This document shows, one piece after another, positions 26,355-37,620 of a stretch of 64,000 nucleotides of DNA. The notes below the pieces were generated by a model. That model did not search any database. It saw only the letters and a program-made list of their open reading frames with translations, and was not told the origin of the DNA. The DNA lies in the NCBI RefSeq assembly GCF_963921235.1, contig NC_086100.1, positions 202,494,001-202,558,000 on the forward strand, written 5' to 3'. Each line of letters starts with the position of its first letter. Position 1 is the first letter of the stretch. The position numbers and the translations under genes are program-made. This DNA is from Mobula hypostoma (taxonomy: Eukaryota).

Positions 26355-27040
26355 CAAATTCAAATTGACTTCATTATTTACATCTTTCATATACTGAGGA
26401 GTAAAAATATTTACATTACCTCTTGTCTAAGTGTGTAATGTGAACTTGATAGTAATTTATAATAAATAGTATGTACAAGCAGACAACCAATAAAATGTAG
26501 AAATACAGTTGTGTCAGCATGAATTAAGCAGTCTGATGGCCTGGTGGAAGAAGCTGTCCCGGAGCCTGTTGGTCCTGGCTTTTATGCTGTGGTACCATTT
26601 CCCGGAAGGTAGCAGCTGGAACAATTTGTGGTTGGGGTGACTCAGGTCCCCAATGATCATTTGGGACCTTTTTACACACCTGTCTTTGTAAATGTCCTGA
26701 ATAGTGGGAAGTTCACATCTACAGATGCGCTGGGCTGTCCGCACCACTCTATGCAGAGTCCTGTGATTGAGGGAAGTGCAGTTCCCATACCAGGTAGTGA
26801 TGCAGCCAGTCAGCATGCTTTCAATGGTATCTCTATAGAAAGTTCTTAGGATTTGGGAACCCTATCAAACTTCCTCAACCGTCTGAGGTGAAAGAGGTGC
26901 TGTTGTGCCTTTTTCACCACACAGTTGGTATGTGCAGACCACCTGAGATCTTTGGTGATGTGTATGCCAAGGAACTTAAAGCTGTTCACCCTCTCAACCC
27001 CAGATCCATTGATGTCAATAGGCGTTAGCCCATCTCCATA
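26355..27040 (-). mobile_element. Rex1/Babar LINE 3' fragment
   Basis: ORFs ERVNSFKFLGIHI..KKAQQHLFHLRRL and LTGCITTWYGNC..RLRDSFFHQAIRLLN, typical of the Rex-Babar C-terminus. Confidence 0.85.
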
Positions 27041-30000
27041 TAAGGGAGATGCTGAGAATGTTGTGGATAGCACATTTAGAGAGTTGGTCACACCGTATGT
27101 TTAAGGATCTAAGGAAAGATAGGAATGGGTGACCAACAGGACAAGTAGTACAGGAGTCCTCTGTGGTCAGATATGCTGTTTTGTAGTCTGTTGGGGGAGA
27201 TGGCTCATTGGGTGAAGGCAGCAGTAGCCAGGATCATGGCACCGTGGGTGGCTCTGCTGTGCATGAGGGCAACAGAAAGAGTGGTGGAGCTGTTGTGGTG
27301 GGGGATTCCATGGTGAGGGGAATAGAGAGGAGCTTCTGTGACCACAAACGGGACTTCCATACGGTGTGTTGCCTCCCGGGTGCAAGGGTCAGAGATGTCT
27401 CGGAGAGGCTGCAGGGCATTCTGAAAGGGAAGGGTGAGCAGCCAGCTGTCGTGGTGCATGTAGGTACTAAACGATATAGGAAGAAAGCGGGATGAGATCC
27501 TACAAGCTGAATTTAGGAAGCTAGGAGATAAATTAAAAAGTAGGACCTCAAAGGTAATAATCTCAGGATTATTACCGGTGCCACGTGCTAGCCAGAGTTG
27601 GAATAGCAGGATGGCTAGAATGAATATGTGGCTTCAGCGGTGGGGCAGGAGGGAGGGTTTCAGACTCTTGGGGCATTGGAACCATTTCTGGGGGAGGTGG
27701 GACTGGTACCGTCCAGACAGTCTACATCTGGGCAGGGCTGGGATCAATGTCCTAGGGAGATTGTTTGCTAGTGCTGTTGGGGAGGTTTTAAACTAATATG
27801 GCAGGGGGATGGGAACCCACACAGAAAAGAAAAGGGAAGTGATGCAGAGACCAAAGCTAGAGTTAGTGAAGAAAAAAGCAAGTGTAGAATACATAAAAGT
27901 AAAAAGTAAAAATCACATAGGTCACTAGATTCTAAAGGAACAATAAGTATAAGGGCACTTTATCCAAATGCCCGTAGTATTAGAAACAAGGTCAGTGAAC
28001 TTGTGGCACAGATCAGTACCAAGGCATATGATTTAGTGGCCATTACAGAAACCTGGTTGCAAGGTGGAGCTGACTGGGAATTTAATATCCAAGGGTATCA
28101 GGTAGTACGGAAAGATAGGCAGGAAAGCAAAGGAGGTGGGTGGTGCTCTTAATTAAGGATGAGATCAGAGCGATTGTGAGACACGATATAAGATCCATGG
28201 ATCAGAATGTTGAGATTAAGAATAGAAAAGGGAAAAAAATCACTGGTGGGAGTTGTCTATAGCCACCTAATAAAAATATTTCAGTGGCAGAGGTGATTAA
28301 CCAAGAAATAACTGAGGCTTGTAAGAATGGAACGGCAGTTGTCATGGGGGTGAATCAGGTTGGTCAAGGAAGTCTTGAGGAGGACTTCGTAGAATGCATC
28401 CGTGATGGCTTTCCTGAGCAGCATGTTAGTGAACCTACAAGGGAAAATGCTGTCTTGGATCTAGTCCTGTGTAATGAGACAGGTAAGATTAACGATCTTG
28501 TAGTAGGAATCCTTTTGGAAAGAGTGATCATAGTATGTTTGAATTTCACATACAGATGGAGGATGAAATAGTTAGATCTAAAACTAGTGAATTACAACAG
28601 GATGAGGGAGGAGTTGGCTAATGTGGATTGGGAGCACAGGCTATTTGGTAGGATAGTTGAGGAACAGTGGAATACTTTCTAAGAGATTTTTCACAGTGCT
28701 CAACAAAAGTATATTCCAGTCAAAAGTAAGGACAGTAAATGTGGGGAGAGCCAGCCTTGAGTAACTAAGGAAATAAAAGATAGTATCATATTAAAAGCAC
28801 ATACGTACAAAGTGGCAAAGAGCAGCGGGAGACTGGAGGATTGGGAAAACTTTAAAAAGTAACAAAGAACAACTAAACAAGAAATAAGGAAAGGGAAGAC
28901 AGAGTATGAAAGTAAATTAGCACAAAATATAAAAACAGATAACAAAAGTTTTTATAAATATATAAAGCGGAAGAGGGTGGCTAAAGTCAACATAGGTCCC
29001 TTGGAAGACGAGAAGGGAGATTGATATTGGGTGAAAAGGAAATGGCTGAGACATTGAATGACTATTTTCTGTCGGCCTTCATGTTGGAGGACACGTCTGA
29101 TATGTCAAAGAATGATGTGATGGACGAAATAGGAGGTGAGGACCTCGATAAAATCACTGTCACTAGAGAGGTAGTGATGAGTAAACTAGAGGGCCTGAAG
29201 GTAGAGAAGTCCCCTGGTCCTGATGGGATGCATCCCAGGGTGCTGAGGAATTGGCGGAGGTTATAGTAGACACATTGGTAATCATTTACCAAAATTCTCT
29301 AGACTCTGGGCAAGTCCCGGGCAGACTGGAAAACAGCAAATGTCACGCCACTTTTTAAAAAAAGATGTAGGCAAAAGACGGGCAACTGGAGGCCAGCTAG
29401 CTTAACATCTGTAGTTGTGAAAATGCTTGAAGCTGCCATTAAGGAAGAAATAGTGAAACATTTAGCAAGGAGTGGTTCCATTAGACAGACGCAGCATGGA
29501 TTCAGAAAGGGCAGGTCCTGTTTGACAAACTTACTGGAGTTCTATGAGGACATAATGAGTGCAGTGGATAGAGGGGAACAGGTGGATGTCATATACTTGA
29601 ATTTCCAGAAGGTGTTTGATAAGGCTCCGCACAAGAGACTTATAAATAAGATACAGATGCATGGAGTCGGAGGAAGTGTATTGGCATGGATAGTGGATTG
29701 GTTAACCAATAGAAGACAGAGAGTTGGTATAAATGGGTGTTTCTCCGGTTGACAATCAGTGGTGAGTGGGGTGCCACAGGGGTCAATGCTGGGCCCGCAG
29801 CTGTTTACCATTTACGTTGATGATTTGCAAGAGGGGACTGAGTGTAGCGTAGCAAAATTTGCTGATAACGCTAAACTGAGTGGAAAAACAAATTGTACAG
29901 AGGATGTGGAGAGCCTGCAGAGGGACATAGATAGGTTAAGTGAATGGGCCAAGGTCTGGCAGATGGGATACAATGTTCGTAAATGCGAGATCATCCACTT

Positions 30001-31620
30001 CGGAAGGAATAATAGAAGAGCAGATTATTATTTAAATGGTGAAAGATTGCAGCATGCTGTTGTTCAGAGGGACTTGGGAGTTCTTGTTCATGAATTGCAA
30101 AACGTTGGCTTGCAGGTACAACAAATTATTAAGAAGGCAAATGGAATATAATCATATAACATTTACAGCACAGAAACAGGCCATCTCGGCCCTTCTAGTC
30201 CGTGCTGAACACTTACTCTTACCTAGTCCCATCTACCTGCACTCAGCCCATAACCCTCCATTCCTTTCCTGTCCATATACCTGCCCAATTTTTTTTTTTA
30301 AATGACAATATCGAACCTGCCTGTACCACTTCTGCTGGAAGCTCGTTCCACACAGCTACCACTCTCTGAGTAGAGAAGTTCCCCCTCATATTACCCCTAA
30401 ACTTTTGCCCTTTAACTCTCAACTCATGTCCTCTTGATTGAATCTCCCCTACTCTCAATGGAAAAAGCCTATCCACGTCAACTCTATCTATCCCCCTCAT
30501 AATTTTAATTACCTCTATCAAGTCCCCCCTCAACCTTCTACGCTCCAAAGAATAAAGACCTAACTTGTCCAACCTTTCTCCATAACTTAGGTGCTGAAAC
30601 CCAGGCAACATTTTCGTAAATCTCCTCTGTACTCTCTCTATTTTGTTGACATCTTTCCTATAATTCGGTGACCAGAACCGTACACAATACTCCAAATTTG
30701 GCCTCACCAATGCCTTGTACTATCTTAACATTACATCCCAAATCCTATACTCAATGCTCTGATTTATAAAGGCCAGCATACTAAAAGCTTTCTTCACCAC
30801 CCTATCCACATGAGATTCTACCTTCAGGGAACTATGCACCATTATTCCTAGATCCCTCTGTTCTACTGCATTCTTCAATGCCCTACCATTTACCACATAT
30901 GTCCTATTTTGATTAGTCATACCAAAATGTAGCACCTCACACTTATCAGCATTAAACTCCATCTGCCATCTTTCAGCCCACTCTTCTAACCGGCCCAAAT
31001 CTCTCTGCAAGCTTTGAAAACCTACTTCATTATCCACAACTCCACCTATCTTAGTATCATCTGCATACTTACTAATCCAATTTACCACCCCATCATCCAG
31101 ATCATTATGACAAACAACACTGGACCCAGTACAGATCCCTGAGGCACACCACTAGTCACTGGAATGTTGGCCTTCGTTGCTAGAGGGATTGAATTCAAGA
31201 GCAGGGAGGTCATGCTGCAACTATACAGGGTACTGGTGAGGTCGCAGCGTGCAGTTCTGGTCTCCTTACTTGAGGAAGGATATACTGGCTTTGGAGGCAG
31301 TGCAGAGGAGGTTCACCAAGTTGATTCCAGGGATGAAGGGGTTAACCCATGAGGAGCGATTGAGTGGCCTGGGACAATACTCTCTAGATCAGAAGAACAA
31401 GAGGGGATCTTATAGAAACATACAAAATATTGAAAGGGATAGATAAGATAGAAGTAGGAAAGTTGTTTTCATTGGTAGGTGAGACTAGAACTAGGGGACA
31501 TTGCCTCAAGATTCAGGGGAGAAGCTTAGGACAGAGATGAGGAGAAACTGTTTTTCCCAGAGAGTGGTGGATCTGTGGAATCCTCTGCCCAGGGAAGCAG
31601 TTGAGGTTTCTTCACTAAAT
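27040..31620 (+). mobile_element. Near full-length CR1 LINE (ORF1 esterase plus ORF2), split by a nested CR1
   Basis: ORF1 VVVGDSMVRG..CCLPGARV..VVVHVGT. Endonuclease start (NARS-like) at ~27965. RT motifs 29417-30151. Confidence 0.92.
30148..31159 (-). mobile_element. CR1 3' fragment nested in the + strand CR1
   Basis: Flanked by TGGAAT at 30142-30147 and 31160-31165. RT ORFs 30243-30710 and 30720-31088. Confidence 0.9.
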
Positions 31621-31740
31621 ACGAGGGGTGATTGATAAGTTCCTGGCCTAAGGTCCATTTTCTCAGACAATGCTTACTTGCAATTTTCAGTTATCTGAAA
31701 CAGAAATACCACAAAAGTTATTAACTTCAAACTTTTAGCT
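31620..31740 (+). mobile_element. Tc1/mariner terminal inverted repeat fragment
   Basis: TA followed by CGAGGGGTGATTGATAAGTT, a mariner-type terminus. No partner end seen. Confidence 0.55.
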
Positions 31741-32610
31741 GGGGCGTTGACAAGTGAACTGGAGCACAGACATGAGAGTGGGACAAGGACATGGGAACTG
31801 GGACACAGAAATGGGAACTGGGACATGGACTCGGGAATCAGGCCAAAGAAATGAGACTGGGCTACGCACACCTGAACCGGGACAAGGACATGGGAACTGG
31901 GGCACAGAAATAGGAAATGGGACATGGACTCAGGAAATGGGGCACTGACATGAGACTGGGACACAGACACAGAAATGGGATGGACATGGGAACTGGGACA
32001 CGGAACTGAGACTAGAGCGTTGACACCTGAACTAGAGCACGGACACCAGAACCGGGACAAAGAAATGAGACCGGGCTACGGATACCGGAACCGGGACATG
32101 GACATGGGAACTGGGACACAGACACAGGAACTGATGCGATGACACGGGGAGCAGGGTATGGACTCGGGAACTGGGACACGGGAACTGATGCAATGACATT
32201 GGGGCTAGGGTATGGACATGACACTGGGGCACGGACACACATGTGTGAACTGGGACATGGACATGGGAACTGGGACCATAACAGCATAAGACCATAAGAT
32301 ATAGAAGCAGAAGTAGGCCATTCAGCCCATCGAGTCTTCTCTGCCATTCAATCATGGGCTGATCCAATTCTTCCAGTCATCCCCATTCCCCTACCTTCTC
32401 CCCAAAACTTTTAATGTCCTGGATAATCAAGAACTTGTCTATCTCTGCCTTAAATGCACCCAATGACTTGGCCAACTGATGCGGGATCTGGGGTGTGAGC
32501 ACATATGTGAGACAGGTGTGGACGTGAGACTGGGGCCCAGACATGGGAACTGGGACATGGATTTGGGGCATTGATACTGACACAGGACTTGGAGAGGGAC
32601 TTGGACAAGA
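31740..32610. repeat. Degenerate GGGACATGG/GGAACTGG minisatellite upstream of the SRCR exon, interrupted by a CR1 3' tail (32280-32475)
   Basis: Many copies of GGACATGGGAACTGGGACAC-like words. Confidence 0.8.
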
Positions 32611-32652
32611 ACACAGTTCCAGTTTCTCAAGCTGACGTGTGCTTGTCCCCAG

Positions 32653-32844
32653 GACTGGAGTACAAAGAGCTGCGTCTGTCCAGCGGCCAACTGCCCAGTG
32701 AGGGCCGTGTCGAGGTGTACTACGATGGAGAGTGGGGCACCGTGTGTGATGATGGTTGGGACCTCACTGATGCTCACGTTGTCTGCCGCAGTCTCGGTTA
32801 CCTCAACGCCACGGAGGCTGCAATTGGAGGCGTCTTCAGACCAG
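32653..32844 (+). CDS. LGALS3BP: Galectin-3-binding protein, coding exon 2 (SRCR, first half)
   Basis: CCCCAG| acceptor. LEYKELRLSSGQLPSEGRVEVYYDGEWGTVCDDGWDLTDAHVVCRSLGYLNATEAAIGGVFRPG. Donor CAG|GTGAGG. 192 nt, phase 1-1. Confidence 0.95.
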
Positions 32845-33071
32845 GTGAGGGGACTGGGTGGGGATGACAGATTTGTGTATTTCTCTGATCACTGGAGGGA
32901 GTGCCAGATTAGGTGGGGGGGGGGGGAGAGGATCGTTGATTTGTGTATCCACACAGAGGGAAGGCCAGATTGTGGGAGGGGACCGGATGGGGTTTTTTCC
33001 ATTGGTAAGTGAGACTAGAACTAGGGGACGTTGCCTCAAGATTCAGGGGAAAAGATTTAGGATGGAGATGA

Positions 33072-33745
33072 ACCATACAACCATAGAACATTACAGCACA
33101 GAAAACAGGCCATTTGGCCTTTCTAGTCTGTGCTGAAACTTTATTCTGCTAGTCCCATTGACCTGCGCACAGTCCATAACCCTCCAGACCTCTCCCACCC
33201 ATGTATCTATCCAATTTATTCTTAAAACTTAAGAGTGAGCCGCATTTACCATGTCAGATGGCAGCACATTCCACACTCCCACCACTCTCTGAGTGAAGAA
33301 GTTCCCCCTAAACCTTTCCCCTTTCACTCTAAAGCCATGTCCTCTCGTATTTATCTCTCCTAATCTAAGTGGAAAGAGCCTACTCGCATTTACTCTGACA
33401 TACCCCTCATAATTTTGAAAACCTCTATCAAATCTCCCCTCATTCTTCTACGCTGCAAGGAATAAAGTCCTAACCTGTTCAATCTTTCCCTGTAACTCAA
33501 CTCCTGAAGACCTGGCAACATCCTAGTAAATCTTCTCTGTACTCTTTCAGTCTTACTGATATCCTTCCTATAGTTAGGTGACCAGAACTGCACACAATAC
33601 TCCAAATTTGGCCTCACCAATGTCTTATGCAACCTCACCATAACATCCCAACTCCTATACTCAATATTTTGATTTATGAATGCCAGGATGCCAAAAGCCT
33701 TCTTTACAACCCTGTCCACCTGTGACGCCACCTTCAATTAATAAA

Positions 33746-33779
<34 letters not shown>

Positions 33780-36236
33780 TTTCTCCCTCTGTCATTTATT
33801 TATTTATTATTATTATTTTTTTCTTCTCTCTCTCTCCTTTTTTCTCCCTCTGTCCCTCTCACTATAACTCCAGCAGATGCTGGGGTCAAAGCAACACTCA
33901 CAACACGCTGGAGGAACTCAGCAAGTTGGGCAGCATCCATGGAAACCATGAGTTGACGTTTCGGGCCGGAACCCTTCGTCAGGACTGAAGAGGGAGGGGG
34001 CAGAGGTCCTATAAAGAGGGTGGGGGGAGGGTGGGAAGGAGAAGGCTGGTAGGTTCCAGGTGAGAAACCGGTAAGGGGAAAGATAAAGGGGTGGGGGAGG
34101 GGAAGCAGGGAGGGGATAGGCAGGAAAGGTGAAGAAGGAATAGGGGAAAACACAATGGGTAGTAGAAGGAGGCGGAACCATGAGGGAGGTGATGCGCAGC
34201 TGGGGAGGGGGCAGAGTGAAATAGGGATAGAGGAAGGGAGGGGGAGGGAATTACCGGAAGTTAGGATCCCTATCCCTATGTCACTCTGCCCCCTCCCCCA
34301 GCTGCCTATCACCTCCCTCATGGTTCCGCCTCCTTCTACTACCCATTGTGTTTTCTCCTATTCCTCCTTCACCTTTCCTGCCTATCACCTCCCTGCTTCC
34401 CCTCCACCACCATTTTGTTTTTCCCCTTACTGGTTTTTCACCTGGCACCTACCAGCCTTCTCCTTCCCACCTTCCCCCCGCCTTCTTTATAGGGCCTCTG
34501 CCCCCTCCCTCTTCAGTCCTGACGAAGGGTTCCGGCCCAAAACGTCGACTCGTCGTTTCCACGGATGCTGCCCGACCTGCTGAGTTCCTCCAGCGTGTTG
34601 TGAGTGACCTCTTCCTATAGATGCTGTCTGGCCTGCTGCGTTCACCAGCATTTTTTATGTGTGTTGCTTGAAACTCCAGCATCTGCATATTTCCTCGTGT
34701 TTGCCATTTTCTGGTCCATTTTTCCAGCAGGTCCAGATCCCTCTGCAAGCTTTGAAAGCCTTCCTCGCTGTCCACAACGCCTCCAATCTTACTGTCATCA
34801 GCAAACTTGTTGAACCAATTTACTACATTATCATAAAGATCATTGATATAGACAACAAACAACAATGGTCCCAGTACAGATCCCTGTGGCACACCACTAG
34901 CCTCAGACCTCCAGTCTGAGAAGCAATCATCCACTACCACTCTCTGTCTTCTCCCATGCAGCCAATTTCGAATCCAGTTTACAACCTCTCCATGGATACC
35001 TAGTGTCTGAACCTTCTGAACTAACCTCTCATGTGAGACCTTGTCAAAGGCCTTATTAAAGTCCATGTAGACAACATACACAGCCTTTCCTTCATCTACT
35101 TTCTTGGTAACCTCCTCGAAAAACTCTACAAGATTCGTTAAACATGATCTACCACGCACAAAGCCATGCTGACTATCCTTAATCAGCCCTTGGCTGTCCA
35201 AATATTTGTATATCCGATCTCTCAGAACACCTTCCAATAATTTACCTACTACTGATGTCAGGCTCACTGGCCTGTAATTACCTGGTTTACTTTTGGAGCC
35301 TTTTTTAAACAGAGGAACAACATGAGCTACCCTCCAATCCTCCGGCACCGCACCTGTGGCTAAGGACATTTTAAATATTTCTGCCATGGCCCCTGCAATT
35401 TCTACATTAGTCTCTCTCAAGGTTCGGGGAAATATCATGTCAGGCCCGGGGGATTTATCTACCTTTATTCATTGTAAGGCAGCAAGCACCTCCTCCTCTT
35501 TAATCTCTATATGTTCTATGACACTACTGCTTGTTTCCCTTCCTTCCATATACACTATGTCAGTTTCCTGAGTAAATACTGATGCAAAAAAACTGTTGAA
35601 GATCTCCCCATCTCGTGAGGCTCCACACATAGACGACCACTCTGATCTTCTAGGGGACCAATTTTGTCCCTTACTATCCTTTTACTCTTAATATACTTGT
35701 AGAAACCCTTCGGGTTTACCTTCACATTATCTGCCATAGCAACCTCGTCTTCTTTTTGCCTTTCTGATTTCCTCCTTTAGTATTTTCTTACATTTTCTAT
35801 ACTCTTCAAGTACCTCATTTGTTCCTTGTTGCCTATACCTGCTGTACACCTCTCTCTTTTTCTTAACTAGATCGCCAATATCCCTTCAAAACCAAGGTTC
35901 CCTATGCCTGTTAACTTTGCCTTTAATCCCGGCAGGAACATGCAAACTCTGCACTCTCAAAATTTCACCTTTGAAGGCCTTCCACATACTGAACACATCC
36001 TTGTCAAAAAACAACTTATCCCAATCCACTCGTCCTAGATCCTTTCTCATTTCCACAAAATTGGCCCTTCTCCAATTTAGAACCTCAACTCGAGGACCAG
36101 ACCTATCCTTATCCATAATTAACTTGAAACTAATGACATTATGGTCACTGGACCCAAAATGTTCACCTACACATACTTCTGTCACCTGACCTGTCTGGTT
36201 CCCTAATAGGAGATCAAGTATTGCATCCTCTCTCGT
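33072..36236 (-). mobile_element. CR1 ORF2 and 3' UTR nested in a + strand CR1 3' end (32990-33071 / 36237-36495), itself split at 33738-34701
   Basis: RT ORF 34449-35438. Host sequence GGAGATG|...|AGGAGAAACTG rejoins across the insert. Confidence 0.9.
33865..34701. mobile_element. Penelope-like element termini in inverted arrangement, with minimal hammerhead motifs
   Basis: Arms ~33895-34230 and ~34270-34605 are reverse complements. Each carries CTGACGA-AGGG...CCC-(G/A)AAAC-GTC. Confidence 0.75.
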
Positions 36237-36499
36237 AGGAGAAACTGTTTTCCCCAGAGATTGGTGAATCTGTGGAATTCTTTGCCCAGGGAAGCAGTTG
36301 AGGCTTCTTCACTAAATATATTTAAGAAACAGTTGGATATGTTTTTACATAGTAAGGGAATTAAGGGTTATGGGGAAAAGGCAGGTAGATGGAGCTGAGT
36401 TTTCAGACAGATCAGCCATGATCTTATTAAATGGCGGGGCAGGCTCGATGGGCCAGATGGCCTACTCCTGCTCCTATTTCTTATTTTCTTGTGTGCTTA

Positions 36500-37620
36500 T
36501 GTTTACCTAACATGAGTCTTCACCAAGGAATCCCGTATTCTCATGGTGTGCCAAAATATCTGAGCTTTTGTCTCATAGCCAAGCCTTGTAGTGAGCAGTC
36601 TGGCTATATTTCTTCAAGTATTGACTTGTTGGATCTTCTTGCTGTCCAACGAGCTCTTAACACTTTCCTCCAACATCCAAGTTCAGAGGCGTTAACTTCT
36701 GTATTCAACCTCACTGATAGTCCAGCTCTCACAGCCACACATCACAACTGAAATACCATAGAAATGACTATACGTATCTTTGAGGACAATGTTATGTCTC
36801 TGCTCTTCAGTATTTTATCTAAATTTGTCATTGCTGACCTCCCCAGAAGTAAGTGTGTTTAATTTCATGGCTGCAGTTACCATCTGTAGAAATCTTTGAA
36901 CCGAGGAAGACAAAATCCGTCACTGCTTCCACTTCCTTTCCATTTATTACCACGGAGTTAACAGGGCTGGTCGACATAATCTTGGTTTTCTTAATATTGG
37001 GCAACTAGCCAGCTTTTGCACTTTCTTCTTTCACTTTGATTAGAAGCTTCCTCAGATCCTCCTCACTTTCAGCCATTAGAGTAGTATCATCTGCATATCT
37101 GAGGTGGTTAATATTTCATCCGGCAATTTGGATTTCAACATTAGAGCAGCATTCTCATGACGTATTCAGCATATAGATTAAATAAGTAGGGTGACAGTAT
37201 GCAGCCTTGTCATACTCCTTACACAATCTTGAACCTGTTTGTGTTCAGTTCCAACTGTTGCTTCTTGATCTTTGTACAAGTTTCTCACAAGGCAGATCAG
37301 GCATTCAGGTGCCCCATTTCCTTAAGGATTTGCCGTAGTTTATCATGGTCCACACTGTCGAAGGCATTACAATAGTCAACAAAAGCTAGATGAATACTTT
37401 TCTGGAATTCCCTTGATTTCTCCATTATCCAGGGTAGGTCAGCAATTTAGTCTCTGGTGCCCCTGCCGCTTCTAAAACCAGCTTGTACGTCCGGCAGTTC
37501 TTATTCCATATATTGCTGGAGTCTTGCTTGCATGATCTTTAGCATGACCTTGTGAGCAAGTGAAATTAGTGAAATTGTTCGGTAATTTGAACATTCCTTT
37601 ACATTTGCCTTCTTGGGAAT
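36500..37620 (-). mobile_element. RTE-clade LINE, BovB-like, RT-region fragment
   Basis: Minus translation gives PKKANVKECSNYRTISLIS, ARLQQY..ELPDVQAGFR, GVRSMTR/GCILSPYLFNLYAEY, AG*NINHLRYADDTTLMAESEEDLRKLL, SRDITLSSK, WTARRSNKSILEEI. These follow BovB ORF motifs. Confidence 0.88.
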
